A stretch of 64,000 nucleotides of DNA from Bdellovibrionales bacterium (GCA_020850475.1 JADZEO010000146.1:213-64212); one strand, 5' to 3'; shown: positions 29,133 to 39,166, counted from the stretch's first letter. Made by a program: numbers and translations. The notes: generated from the sequence alone by a model not told the origin.

Positions 29133-30122
29133 TTGTCAAAAAGCAGGCGACCAAATTTGCTGGTGCATGTGGTCAATTTCCTGAAAAACCTTCACTTTGT
29201 TGAGGGGGCTTCGGACCAGACTTTGCGGGCCTATTCAAGCGATTTACATCAAGCATTTCAAACTCTTGGGATTCCGAGGGTGATCTGGGACCCCCAGCAG
29301 GAGAGCTCACCCCCGAGTCGGCTCGGACCCAGCCTAGCAAAGTTGTCCGAAGGCGAACTCCTGAAGGTGGCGATGCTCGCGATCAGAAAATGGGCCCCTC
29401 TTGCCGCCTCCACAAGGCAGCGTAAATGCTCAAGTCTTAAGAGCTTTTTTTCTTACTTATATAGAGTCAAAGCCACCGAGCGAGACTTAGGCGCGGGGCT
29501 GGTATTGCCAAAGTCCCAAGCTAAACTCCCTCACTTTGTTTCGGTCGACGAAGTGATGGCTTTACTCAAAGCGATTGAACGCAAGTGTGAAGACTCGTCG
29601 GGTCCCCTTCGAGAGGAATTAAAAAAACAGAAGGCCGTGGTTTATCTACTCTACGGCGGAGGTCTGCGAGTTAGTGAGGCTTGTGAACTGCGCTGGAATC
29701 AGGTGCGAATTGAAGCGCGGTTACTTCGCGTGAAGGGCAAAGGAAGCAAAGAACGGCAGGTGGTTCTTCCTCCCGTTGCCATGCAGGCAGTCGCCTCTTT
29801 GCCCAAAGCCGGTGATTTTGTTTTTGGCGAACAGCCGCTCCATCCGCGTCTCGCCTACGAATGGGTGCGACGTTGGGGGGCGCAGGCAGGCCTCCTTCAT
29901 CCCCTCCACCCGCATGCCCTTCGCCACAGCTTTGCCACCCATCTTCTCGCCGGCGGTACCGATTTGCGGATTCTTCAGGAGCTGCTGGGCCACCAATCAT
30001 TGACGACCACCCAGAAGTACACGCACTTAGATTTGCACAGTCTGGCGCGGACGATCGAACGCCATCATCCGCTGGGTCAAAACCCCAAGAGACAAAGGGC
30101 TGACAAACCCGCCAAGCGCTGA
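29133..30122 (+). CDS. Tyrosine site-specific recombinase, XerC/XerD family
   Basis: TTG start with AAGGA 7 nt upstream. Catalytic residues are in place: GGGLRVSEA (Arg), HALRHSFATHLL (His-x-x-Arg), LLGHQSLTTTQKYTH (His, Tyr). Confidence 0.85.
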   Translation: MSKSRRPNLLVHVVNFLKNLHFVEGASDQTLRAYSSDLHQAFQTLGIPRVIWDPQQESSPPSRLGPSLAKLSEGELLKVAMLAIRKWAPLAASTRQRKCSSLKSFFSYLYRVKATERDLGAGLVLPKSQAKLPHFVSVDEVMALLKAIERKCEDSSGPLREELKKQKAVVYLLYGGGLRVSEACELRWNQVRIEARLLRVKGKGSKERQVVLPPVAMQAVASLPKAGDFVFGEQPLHPRLAYEWVRRWGAQAGLLHPLHPHALRHSFATHLLAGGTDLRILQELLGHQSLTTTQKYTHLDLHSLARTIERHHPLGQNPKRQRADKPAKR

Positions 30123-30148
30123 TAAAAAATTGGCCACCAAGGAGCTTT

Positions 30149-30700
30149 ATGAGCTTGCAAAAGCGGGCCGTTTTTTTTGATCGCGATGGCACATTGATTG
30201 AGGACAAGCTCTATCTCAACGATCCCCACCAAATCGTGTATCTCCCAGGAGTGTTCGAATCTCTCAGACGTCTGCGCGACGGCGGTTTTCATTTTGTGGT
30301 GGTTACCAATCAGTCCGGGGTTCCGCGAGGTCTCGTTGACGTCGGTAATCTGCGCCAGATTCATGAGCTCATTCGCGGCGAATTTGCCAGTCAAGGAATC
30401 GACATTTTGTCGTTTCACGATGCTCCTTTTATGACCGACTCCAATCATTATTTTCGCAAGCCCAATCCCGGAATGGTTTTAGAAGGAGCCCGCTTCTACA
30501 ACATCGATCTTAAGTCGAGCTGGATCGTCGGCGATCGAATGAGTGACGTCGAGGCCGGCCATCGGGCTGGCACGAGAGCTGTTTTGTTGGGTTCTCTTGA
30601 GTCTCCGCTTGGCTCGGAGTTTGCGCCCCCGGAGGCTCATGTTCAAACTTTGCCTGAGGTTGCTGATTTCATTTTGAGACACACTGAGCGAGCGGATTGA
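30149..30700 (+). CDS. gmhB: HAD-IIIA phosphatase, D,D-heptose 1,7-bisphosphate phosphatase-like
   Basis: 183 aa with FFDRDGTL (DxDxT), VVTNQSG and GDRMSDVEAG. Confidence 0.85.
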   Translation: MSLQKRAVFFDRDGTLIEDKLYLNDPHQIVYLPGVFESLRRLRDGGFHFVVVTNQSGVPRGLVDVGNLRQIHELIRGEFASQGIDILSFHDAPFMTDSNHYFRKPNPGMVLEGARFYNIDLKSSWIVGDRMSDVEAGHRAGTRAVLLGSLESPLGSEFAPPEAHVQTLPEVADFILRHTERAD

Positions 30701-30871
30701 CGAGCTCAATTGACTTCCTCAAAACGATGCACTGGAGTGTTAAAAACTCATCATAGTCTGAACCATTTCAAGACTTTACATTAAGTCACCCCAGATCCAG
30801 ACCGATGTATTAAAGAGGCGCTCAGGTGGGCGTCACTAGGTGGCCATTTGTAGACGTATGAGGGGGCCTTA

Positions 30872-32008
30872 ATGGGTTGCACGTCGCTTCGACATTCACT
30901 GGTGGTTTTGAGTTTGATGGCGGGATTTGCGTTGAGCCAAGTCGCTCACGCCAGCCAAGTCCACGGCGTCTTAACCGTCGTCAAAGGGACCGTGACTGTT
31001 AAGTCAGGAAAAAACGGTACTGAGAAGCCCGCCAAGGCCGGAATGAAAGTCTTCCCCAAAGACACGATTGTTACCGGTGATGATTCGCGCGCCAAAATCG
31101 TGATGGTCGACAAAAATGAAATTAATATTTCTCCGGCCTCGCAAGTCGTTCTCGAAAATTACGAATATGATCCCGCCAAAGGTAAGAAAGATGTGTTGAT
31201 TGATGTGATCTACGGCAAGGTTCGCAACAAGGTCGAACAAAAATACGACGGCGAAACCAGCAAGTTCCAAGTGAAGACACCGTCTGCTGTCGCGGGCGTT
31301 CGCGGGACGGATTTTTTGACTTCGTATAACAAAACCACGGACTCTTCAAAGGTGGTTACCTTTAAGGGTGAGGTTGCTTACGGGCTGCCTGGTCCGAACG
31401 GAACTATCTTAAATCCAGTGGCAGTTACGGCCGGCAACTTTTCGGCCAATAGCGGGAACACGCCTCCGGGACAGCCGACCGCAGTTCCCAAACAAGAGTT
31501 GGCCCAGATGGAAGTTGAGACCAAAGCTGCCGACCCCGGCAAAGCTGATCCTCGCGCACCTGCCGGTGCCGAACCTGAGCGCGGTAAAGAAGACGACAAA
31601 GGTAAAAACGACAACAATGGCAAAGGTGAAGGCCAAGGTAAAAACGATGACCGCGGTAAGGGTCCGAAGGGCGAAGGTCCCTCAGGAGATCAGGCCTCCG
31701 GCGGAGGGATGCCTGGACCTGGTGGACCCGGTGGACCTGGTGCGCCCGGTGGTCCTGAGATGGGGCGCGAACCGGCGGGGATGATGCCTGGACCTGGCGG
31801 CGGAATGGAAGGCGGGGGAATGTTTATGCCTGGTGATTTTGCCGGCACCGACACTGGGGTCATGGGTCCCATGTTTCCCGACTTTAATCCTCCCCCACTG
31901 CCCCCTCCGTTGCCGCGACCGGGTGATTTTAAGTGCGATTTTTGCTACGAAACCATTCGCGACGGTTCGACCCGCCTTATCATTCGGGTCAACAGCGGAG
32001 CCAACTGA
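30872..32008 (+). CDS. Secreted FecR-domain protein with Gly/Pro/Met-rich C-terminal region
   Basis: Signal peptide (LSLMAGFALSQVAHA). FecR-like beta-sandwich segment (GTVTVK...AKAGMKVFPKDTIVTGDDSRAKIVM...VKTPSAVAGVRGTDF). Low-complexity region PGPGGPGGPGAPGGP...PPPLPPPLP. GAGGGGG SD. Confidence 0.75.
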   Translation: MGCTSLRHSLVVLSLMAGFALSQVAHASQVHGVLTVVKGTVTVKSGKNGTEKPAKAGMKVFPKDTIVTGDDSRAKIVMVDKNEINISPASQVVLENYEYDPAKGKKDVLIDVIYGKVRNKVEQKYDGETSKFQVKTPSAVAGVRGTDFLTSYNKTTDSSKVVTFKGEVAYGLPGPNGTILNPVAVTAGNFSANSGNTPPGQPTAVPKQELAQMEVETKAADPGKADPRAPAGAEPERGKEDDKGKNDNNGKGEGQGKNDDRGKGPKGEGPSGDQASGGGMPGPGGPGGPGAPGGPEMGREPAGMMPGPGGGMEGGGMFMPGDFAGTDTGVMGPMFPDFNPPPLPPPLPRPGDFKCDFCYETIRDGSTRLIIRVNSGAN

Positions 32009-32115
32009 CCTCGTTGGTCGTAGTCCCCACCCTTAGACCAGCGGAGACTTTTTGACGTCTCTGCTTGTTTGGCAAACCTCCATTTCACGGATAAAATTTT
32101 AGAACATTCAAGGAC

Positions 32116-34332
32116 ATGTTTCTGGCCCCCTACCTACCGAGGAGATCTGCTTTGAAACAAGCATCGTGGTCGGCGCTTTGGTTCATCCCACTTTTCATTT
32201 GGTCGAATTTAACAGTTGCTCAGCAAAGTGCTCCGAGTGCACCGCCTAAAGAAGAAGCTCCCAAGGCAGCCGAGGAACCGAAGCCTAAAAAAACCGCGCG
32301 CCCCAGCGTTGCCCGCAATCAAGGCCTCAAGATCGTTTATGCCTCGTCGCCTTGGAATCTCAAGAGCACCGAAGCTGATTCAGCTTTTTTGTTTTTCCGA
32401 GATAAGAATACCGGAAAAGTAGCCAAGATTTTACTCGAGGAGACGGAGCCAGATTCGAGTACCTTTCAAGGCAGTTTCTCGATTGGCTGGGCGGACATCG
32501 ACAAGATCGAGCCTGAAATTTACATTCCTCCTCAGGAAATGCGTTCGGATCGTGCCGATGCTTTGGCAAAGTTTTACCAAATGCTAAAGGACAATAAAGT
32601 CACTCGCAAACCGGTTGTCTTTCGCAAAACTCCCGAAGGCCAGCAGATCGTAGACGTATACGACACTTCGGAGCAGGCCCTGCGGGCTCATGAGGCCTTC
32701 AAAAAAGAACTCGAACTCGCTCGCCAAGCGGAAGAGGCCAAAAAGGCTCTCGCCAACAAAAAGGTCGCCGATGAGGCTGCGGTCGCCGCCGCCCAACTGG
32801 CCGAGCGCAAAGCCATGATGGATGCTCTGGCCCAAGAAGCCGCCAAGCGTGAGGCCGACCGCGTGCGACTTGAGCAAATTGAAAAACAGCGCGCCGAAGA
32901 GCGCCGACGTCAACAGGAGGAGCTCTCGGCTAAGGAACAACAAAAGCGCAAGGACGAGGCCAAGGCCTTTGCCGAAGCCGGACTTGATTTTTATCGGATG
33001 GGAAAATTTCCGGAAGCCGAAGAAAAGTTCCGCAAAGCGATGGAACTGGATCCCGCTAACACCAGCTATTACTACAAGTACGGCATCACTCTCTATCGAA
33101 ATGACAAATTTAACGAAGCTTTGGTCACTCTCAAAATTTCGGAAACCGCCGAAGATGTTCGCTTAGAAAAAGAATACTACATGGGCCTCATTCATTTCCG
33201 TCTGAAGGAACTCGAGCCGGCTCTTGAGAAATTTACCCTGGTGCAAAATGCCAAGGTGCCGGTGTTGTCACCAAGTGCAGCGTTTTACCGCGGTGTCATT
33301 CTGTACAATAGCGAAAAGTTTGAAGAGGCCAAACAGCCCTTTGAGTGGGTGCTCGACAACTCCAATGATCCCAAGCTTGATCAACGAGCCGAGGAGTACA
33401 TCGAAAAAATCATGCGCATGATGGCTTTCCAGGCCAACAAGGCCAAAAAGTTTCTTCTGACGGTTACCACCGGTGCCATGTACGACTCCAACGTCTTGTT
33501 GGCTCCTGACAACGTGACCTCTCAAGGCTCGGCGACCGACGAAGGTGACGTCCGCGGTTTGGTGAGTGGCACTGCTGAGTATCGATTTAAGTACGAGCAG
33601 AATCACGAGTTCAGCGGCAAGATCGATTCAATGTACCTTCACTCCGCTAATTCCGACCTTTCCTCTGCTGATCCCTTTCTTACTACGCTGACTCTGCCTT
33701 ACATATACAAAGGTACCCTCGGGGCCAAGGGCTTTCGTTTGGCGGTTGAACCAGGATATGAATTGCTGCTGATGGAGGCCGATACGGCCGGCAAAAAGGA
33801 GAATATCCTCAACTCGATCATCCTCAATTTAGACAACACCATCATCATGCATGAACGCTGGTACGCCTCGTACATTTTTAATGTGCGACAAGACGATTCA
33901 CTTTTGGCGGACTCCATCGGTGATGCCGATGCAGATGCCTTGAAGTACTCGCTCTCGACTAAGCAGACCTTTTTCCGTGACAAATCGATGCGCCGAGCGG
34001 TTATCGCCAATTTTGGTTTGGTGTTAAATGCGGCTAACGGTGACGACAAAAAGTACCAGCGCCTGGAAGGGGGTGTAACTTATATGACCCCCGCCCGCAA
34101 GGACGACAATTGGTCCTTGGGTCTCTCCTATTACACTCTGAACTATCCCGACTCGTCGGACAGCCGCAAAGATACCAACGTTGCGCTGAATGTGGGCTAT
34201 ACCCATCCGTTTGCGGACTGGATCCTTGGCGGACTGACCGCCAACTACACCAATAACCAGTCGAATGTTTCGACTTCTCAGTATTCCAAATACTCGCTAC
34301 TTGCCACCGCCACCTTCAATTGGGGGTGGTAA
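32116..34332 (+). CDS. Envelope protein with signal peptide, charged coiled coil, TPR repeats and an apparent C-terminal beta-barrel
   Basis: 738 aa. TPR-like repeats (AEAGLDFYRMGKFPEAEEKFRKAMELDP...). The last ~300 aa show an alternating amphipathic pattern ending ATATFNWGW, an aromatic C-terminus typical of OMPs. The TPR-plus-barrel layout resembles Slam/DUF560 proteins, which is inference. Confidence 0.7.
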   Translation: MFLAPYLPRRSALKQASWSALWFIPLFIWSNLTVAQQSAPSAPPKEEAPKAAEEPKPKKTARPSVARNQGLKIVYASSPWNLKSTEADSAFLFFRDKNTGKVAKILLEETEPDSSTFQGSFSIGWADIDKIEPEIYIPPQEMRSDRADALAKFYQMLKDNKVTRKPVVFRKTPEGQQIVDVYDTSEQALRAHEAFKKELELARQAEEAKKALANKKVADEAAVAAAQLAERKAMMDALAQEAAKREADRVRLEQIEKQRAEERRRQQEELSAKEQQKRKDEAKAFAEAGLDFYRMGKFPEAEEKFRKAMELDPANTSYYYKYGITLYRNDKFNEALVTLKISETAEDVRLEKEYYMGLIHFRLKELEPALEKFTLVQNAKVPVLSPSAAFYRGVILYNSEKFEEAKQPFEWVLDNSNDPKLDQRAEEYIEKIMRMMAFQANKAKKFLLTVTTGAMYDSNVLLAPDNVTSQGSATDEGDVRGLVSGTAEYRFKYEQNHEFSGKIDSMYLHSANSDLSSADPFLTTLTLPYIYKGTLGAKGFRLAVEPGYELLLMEADTAGKKENILNSIILNLDNTIIMHERWYASYIFNVRQDDSLLADSIGDADADALKYSLSTKQTFFRDKSMRRAVIANFGLVLNAANGDDKKYQRLEGGVTYMTPARKDDNWSLGLSYYTLNYPDSSDSRKDTNVALNVGYTHPFADWILGGLTANYTNNQSNVSTSQYSKYSLLATATFNWGW

Positions 34333-34481
34333 GCACACCACTGACTTAGTCGCCTCGCCCCCAAAGATACGTGGGCTGGGCTTGGCCGCTGTCTCATTTT
34401 GATTTGATCATTGTAGGCACGATTGCGACGGCTCTTTGGGTTAGATAAACTAAAGATAGTTCGCGTGGAAAGTGGGGACCT

Positions 34482-35204
34482 GTGAGATACCTTGGCATCT
34501 CGATTGGGCTGCTCGTCGGTGCCTCCCTGGCATTAGCGGACACCCTTCAATCCTCCCCAACTCAAGTTTCTGTTACTGCCCCATCATCCTCAAGTTACTC
34601 CACTGATTTCAATTTGGTAGAAAATCCACTCAGTGAGGGAGGACGGTGGGTCAATGGCAAAACCAACGGACTCCTTTGGAATGATGTTCGTACATCCGGG
34701 GGAATGGCCTATGCGGCCGACTTTATCGGCAGCACCAGCCGGTACAATGATCCGATCGCCCACCTCAAGACCAGTTTTCTATCGAATCAATATGCTGAGG
34801 CCACAGCCTATCGTAGCCCAGGTTACAGCAACCCAACCGACAAACATGAAATCGAGTTGTTGTTGCGATTCCAGATCACCGCTAACAACGCTCGCGGATA
34901 CGAAGTATTGTGGGCCGAAGAGGGCGGCATTTGCATCGTCAGGTGGAATGGGCCCTTGGGCGATTACACTCAGCTGGGCGGGTGCACTCCTGACTCAGGA
35001 GCAAACCAGGCCGTAGATGGAGATGTTCTTCGCGCCGAAATCATCGGTAATGTGGTCAAAGTTTATCGCAATGGCTCTCTAATTCTTACCGGTCCTCCAG
35101 ATTCAACCTATTCCGATGGCCAACCAGGCATTGGCTTTTGGCCGACGGCTGGATCAAAACTTGATGCTTACGGCTGGAAAAACTTTAAAGCCGGAAGTCT
35201 CTAG
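34482..35204 (+). CDS. Secreted hypothetical protein (possible lectin/LamG-like jelly-roll)
   Basis: GTG start and signal peptide MRYLGISIGLLVGASLALA. The C-terminal segment (GDVLRAEIIGNVVKVYRNGSLILTG...GQPGIGFW) resembles concanavalin-like folds. No family confirmed. Confidence 0.6.
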   Translation: MRYLGISIGLLVGASLALADTLQSSPTQVSVTAPSSSSYSTDFNLVENPLSEGGRWVNGKTNGLLWNDVRTSGGMAYAADFIGSTSRYNDPIAHLKTSFLSNQYAEATAYRSPGYSNPTDKHEIELLLRFQITANNARGYEVLWAEEGGICIVRWNGPLGDYTQLGGCTPDSGANQAVDGDVLRAEIIGNVVKVYRNGSLILTGPPDSTYSDGQPGIGFWPTAGSKLDAYGWKNFKAGSL

Positions 35205-35270
35205 GTCCCATTTGAGCATAAGACCATTGACTTGGCCCACTCGTGAGCCACTTAAGCATTAACCAAGGAA

Positions 35271-36068
35271 CTAATAGGTGCCGCCCGTGGTGTGGGACTC
35301 GCCGCGAGGCATGGGCTGAGGTCCGCCCCGAAGAACAACCGCTGCCGGAAGATCGGTCCGCTGTCGCAAGGGAGTTAGGTGACCTTCGCGAAACACTTCT
35401 CCGGTTGGCGAGCAAACCATCTGCATAAAGTGATGGGCAATGGTTCGAGGATCGGCGTGGTGAAGACCGAGACGGGAGACTCCGCTAAAAATATTGTGGT
35501 TCGCGCCCGGGACAATCAATCGAGTCTGACTTCGCATTTCGCCTACCACGTCGCTATTGATATTATAGGAAACGCTGCACTTCAACTCGCCCACTCGCGA
35601 TGGTTCCGAATTGCCGGTGAGGCGTTCAACGACAAACTTGTTATCCCGAATTTTAATGTTCCATTGACCTCGCTCCAGGCGAAGGTGGGACACTGAAGCT
35701 CCAGAGTTAATCAAAGACTGGTCTACTTCAAGATTGCACTCAAGTGAGCCATGATAACGGTCATGGCTCATCCCAAATGGTATTGATCGAGTTCGAGAGT
35801 TGACCGCCAGTGTTCGGGCCTCGGTTGAAAACTGAAGTCCGGGCGAGCGGAAAAAGTCAAAGAAGGCGTTCCAATTGAACTCTTGGTCTCCGACATAGTC
35901 GTAAATTGAACTGGCGGGAGGGCAATTCGTCTGCTCGTCTGGATTTGCCCTGGCGGATGTCGCCAAGCCCGCGGCCGTCAGGAAGGGAACCAGGAGTAAA
36001 ACTTGAGCCATTGCCAAGTTCAATTTTTGGTGAAATTTCCTAAAATGAATTCGTTTTGAATTTTTCAT
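35271..36068 (-). CDS. Secreted hypothetical protein
   Basis: 265-aa ORF with signal-like N-terminus (LAMAQVLLLVPFLTAAGLATSARA). No recognisable family. The C-terminal ~35 aa look non-protein-like, so the 3' end is uncertain. Confidence 0.55.
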   Translation of the reverse strand: MKNSKRIHFRKFHQKLNLAMAQVLLLVPFLTAAGLATSARANPDEQTNCPPASSIYDYVGDQEFNWNAFFDFFRSPGLQFSTEARTLAVNSRTRSIPFGMSHDRYHGSLECNLEVDQSLINSGASVSHLRLERGQWNIKIRDNKFVVERLTGNSEPSRVGELKCSVSYNINSDVVGEMRSQTRLIVPGANHNIFSGVSRLGLHHADPRTIAHHFMQMVCSPTGEVFREGHLTPLRQRTDLPAAVVLRGGPQPMPRGESHTTGGTY

Positions 36069-36377
36069 GCCTCAACCTCTAAACCCGTGCCTGGGGTGTG
36101 GTTAAATCGTCTTACCCTCGATAAGTGCAAGGGGATGACCAGCCTGGTCGCGCCGAGAGCGAAAAGGGCCAATTCCCACAGGGCCTCGGCAGCAGGCCCG
36201 GCCAAGTCGCCGAGAATGGGTAATCAAGTGTCAAGAATTTCGACAGCCAGGCCCTCGGCCATCCGACCTAAGGGCCTTTCGCGGCACCACGGTTGAAGAA
36301 ATTTCTTGCCCCCATGGTCCGAATGCAACTCAAACCATCACCGCTGCGGCATGGGGCTTGTAGAAATCGCGGGGATC

Positions 36378-37139
36378 ATGTTCACACCGAAGTTCTTTCC
36401 TTCATTACTCTTTGGAGTGGTGTTTTTTGTAGCACTCACTCCCACCCGCGCCCAAGATCATGGCCACTGCCAGAGTTCGCCGGATTCGTTTGTGCGCCAC
36501 GGGCTCGACCAAGACAATCTTTCGATTTGCTTGCGGGATCAAAGACAACTGCTTTTTTGCGATCGAGAGCCGAGTGAACGAGGGGTCGTCTGCACCCGGC
36601 CTGGTTTGAGCCAGCAATTGCGCGCCCTGACCGCTCGCTCTCGCACCTGGTCGTCTCAAGAAAGCGCACTGCTCTCGACCTACGCCGCCGGTCTCGCCTC
36701 TGACCAACTCAAGGTCAATCGGGGTTTCGAAATTCAGACGGGACGATTTGGCCACCTAAGCCTTGACCCCCACCACAAAGCCTCCTGCTGGAAAGCCATT
36801 CTCAAATCTGCCTACAAACTCAGTCAGAGTTTTCCAACCGTCACCTTTGTACTTTCTGACCGAATCAAAAATTGCAAGGCGCTGGAAAAGGGGACGGATC
36901 TGATGATCCGTCGCAAGGAGCGAGTGCTAAAGAATCTGGCAAGTTTTTCCACGCCTCTGCACTCGGTGTTTTTAACCGATGAATCTAAATTTAATCACTA
37001 CCTGATGGGCCACATGGGATTGTATGTAAACGTCAATCGCCGTGGAGAGATCGCGAAACGACTGATTGATTTTAGAATTGGACGGGATCAAATTCCCCAC
37101 GAGACGTCCAACGGTCGAATCGGCGGATTAAGCCAATAA
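36378..37139 (+). CDS. Secreted hypothetical protein
   Basis: ATG 36378 is preceded by GGGGA and gives the signal peptide MFTPKFFPSLLFGVVFFVALTPTRAQ. The track ORF starts earlier at 36306. No family recognised. Confidence 0.55.
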   Translation: MFTPKFFPSLLFGVVFFVALTPTRAQDHGHCQSSPDSFVRHGLDQDNLSICLRDQRQLLFCDREPSERGVVCTRPGLSQQLRALTARSRTWSSQESALLSTYAAGLASDQLKVNRGFEIQTGRFGHLSLDPHHKASCWKAILKSAYKLSQSFPTVTFVLSDRIKNCKALEKGTDLMIRRKERVLKNLASFSTPLHSVFLTDESKFNHYLMGHMGLYVNVNRRGEIAKRLIDFRIGRDQIPHETSNGRIGGLSQ

Positions 37140-37156
37140 CCAGGACGAGACTTTCG

Positions 37157-37753
37157 TTAGTTCATCAAGTAGGCCTCAAGAAGTTGGTGAGCTTCGCGCC
37201 GGATCGGCGCAAACTCCTCATCAGTCAGGTCAATCTCTTGGTGCTGTTGCAATGGATACCGTAACAAAGCAAACCCCTCGGTCTCAGCCGCGAGCATTCC
37301 TTGTTGGTGCAAGAGTTTGAGCTCAAACAAGGTGCGCAGTCTCGATAGTTCTGGCGTGCGACTCAGGGTTTTGAGGGCGTTGCCGAGTAAATCAAAAATT
37401 CCAGAATTATCTGAGGCTTCTTCACGCACCACTTTGCTAACCACTTGAATAAAATAAAATCCCAGCTCCAATCGATCATAGTCTTGGCGCAACTCAACGA
37501 AGTCTTGAAGAAGGTGTGCTTCCTCTAGAAAATGTAATGCCTCAGCATCCACTCCCTGAGACCTGGCTTCTCGGTACGAAATCTGAATGTAATTGAGGGG
37601 CTCAAGCACCCCGCCGCCAAAACGTCGACGACTCTTAAGCGCTCCCTTGGCCATCAAGTTGAGACGCAAGCCCGCGCGCGAAAGGCAATGGACGATGAGG
37701 TCCGACTCCCCGTGCTTGATGGTCTTAAGCACTATGGCACGTTCGCTTAGCAC
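37157..37753 (-). CDS. recO: DNA repair protein RecO (short form)
   Basis: 198 aa with a RecO-type OB-fold N-terminus (AIVLKTIKHGESDLIVHCLSRAGLRLNLMAKGALKSRRRF). Follows mgtE by 12 nt. Confidence 0.8.
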   Translation of the reverse strand: MLSERAIVLKTIKHGESDLIVHCLSRAGLRLNLMAKGALKSRRRFGGGVLEPLNYIQISYREARSQGVDAEALHFLEEAHLLQDFVELRQDYDRLELGFYFIQVVSKVVREEASDNSGIFDLLGNALKTLSRTPELSRLRTLFELKLLHQQGMLAAETEGFALLRYPLQQHQEIDLTDEEFAPIRREAHQLLEAYLMN

Positions 37754-37765
37754 GGCTGAGCCACC

Positions 37766-39166
37766 TTAGGTTGCGGCATGAAGGAGACCAAACAATACGG
37801 CCACCGCACTTAAGTCGGCGACGGCGGTAAACAGAGGGACATTGCCGACTGTCGGATCCATACCAGCGCGATGGATGGCAATCGGCAGAAAACTTCCAAA
37901 AAGCATCGACACCAACACCTGAATCAATACGGCGCCACCCAAGATTTTCCCCAATTGGCCTCCGAGCATGACGCCGCCAAGAGCCTTAGCAAACTCGGTC
38001 CCACCAAAAGAGACCTCGCTCAGCACCAGGACGATGACTCCGAGCGAAAGGCCAAAAGCAACGCTCAACGAAATCTCACGGCGGACATGAAAGCCCATCT
38101 TTCCCAGCTCAAACCAGCCCGCCCGAATCGCATCGATGGTGACTGCCGCCGACTGGCTACCGGCAGTGGCACCAATAGACAAAATCATTGGCAGAAATGC
38201 CGCCACGATCCACATTTGGTCAACCCGCTGTGAAGATTCGTCGCCGATGTAACCAAACACAAAAACAATAATAAAACAGAGACACCCACCGACAAAGGCA
38301 AACAGCAACCACGGTGTACGCGCCTTAATTTGGTCCCACAGTGTTCCTTCGACGCCCGCGCCGGCCCGACCCATCGCCAAGAGGTCCTCCGCGGCCTCTT
38401 CACGAATGACGTCGATGACGTCATCAACTGTGATGACTCCCTCTAAGCGATTGTTGGAGTTAACGACTGGGACCGAGAGAAAATCGTAGCGCTCCACCGT
38501 CTTAGCCACTTCCTGCTGGGGCATATCGAGAGTGACGGTGATGACGTCGGGCTGCATGATTTCCTGCAGCTGAGTTGTTCTCTTGGTCAAAAGGAGCTGC
38601 TTGAGGCTAACCACTCCGACCAATTGCTCATTGCTGTTGATCACATAAACGTAAAACATTCCGCTCAGAGTGTCTTCGCCATCCTGAATCGCTTGAATCG
38701 CATCACCTACGGTCTTTTCACGGTGAAGGGCCAAGTAGTCCGAGCTCATCAGACCGCCGGCAGAATCCTCTGGATAACCCATCAGATCAGCGACATCACG
38801 CGAGTCTTCTTGAACCATCGAGGCCAAGATTTCTTTGGTCTCTTGCTCAGGCAGATTCCCGAGCAAATCCGCCGCGTCGTCTGACTCCATCAAATCGACG
38901 AGTTTAATAACTTCGTTTTTATCCAGACGATTAATAATGTCCTGCTGAATTTCTTGATCCAAATAGGAGAAAATCTCGGCCCGTTTTTCTGGTGACGGTT
39001 CCATGGTAAGGACATCAAAGCGCTCGTCGGGATCAAGACCATGAAGAATCGCCGCAATATCAGCTTGGTGGGTCTTGGCGAGGATCCGCTGAACATTGTG
39101 GCGCGCGCCTCGCGACAACAGTTTTTGTATTGTCGCAATCAGCATCTTGGTTTGGTCTTCGATCAT
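37766..39166 (-). CDS. mgtE: Magnesium transporter MgtE
   Basis: 466 aa with the MgtE N-domain, a tandem CBS pair and a 5-TM C-terminal domain. The start overlaps the upstream gene's stop (ATGA). Confidence 0.95.
   Translation of the reverse strand: MIEDQTKMLIATIQKLLSRGARHNVQRILAKTHQADIAAILHGLDPDERFDVLTMEPSPEKRAEIFSYLDQEIQQDIINRLDKNEVIKLVDLMESDDAADLLGNLPEQETKEILASMVQEDSRDVADLMGYPEDSAGGLMSSDYLALHREKTVGDAIQAIQDGEDTLSGMFYVYVINSNEQLVGVVSLKQLLLTKRTTQLQEIMQPDVITVTLDMPQQEVAKTVERYDFLSVPVVNSNNRLEGVITVDDVIDVIREEAAEDLLAMGRAGAGVEGTLWDQIKARTPWLLFAFVGGCLCFIIVFVFGYIGDESSQRVDQMWIVAAFLPMILSIGATAGSQSAAVTIDAIRAGWFELGKMGFHVRREISLSVAFGLSLGVIVLVLSEVSFGGTEFAKALGGVMLGGQLGKILGGAVLIQVLVSMLFGSFLPIAIHRAGMDPTVGNVPLFTAVADLSAVAVLFGLLHAAT

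Noticed and set aside
29133-30122. Tyrosine recombinase as a marker of an integrated mobile element or genomic island
   Set aside because: I saw no flanking direct repeats, no tRNA-adjacent attachment site, and no phage, transposon or conjugation genes. The neighbours are housekeeping (gmhB) or regulatory. A chromosomal XerC/XerD-type dimer-resolution recombinase is most consistent.
31378-31872. Alternative-frame ORFs (both strands) within the Gly/Pro-rich 3' part of the FecR-domain gene
   Set aside because: GC-rich low-complexity sequence leaves several frames open. Only the frame continuous with the signal peptide and FecR domain has a start context.
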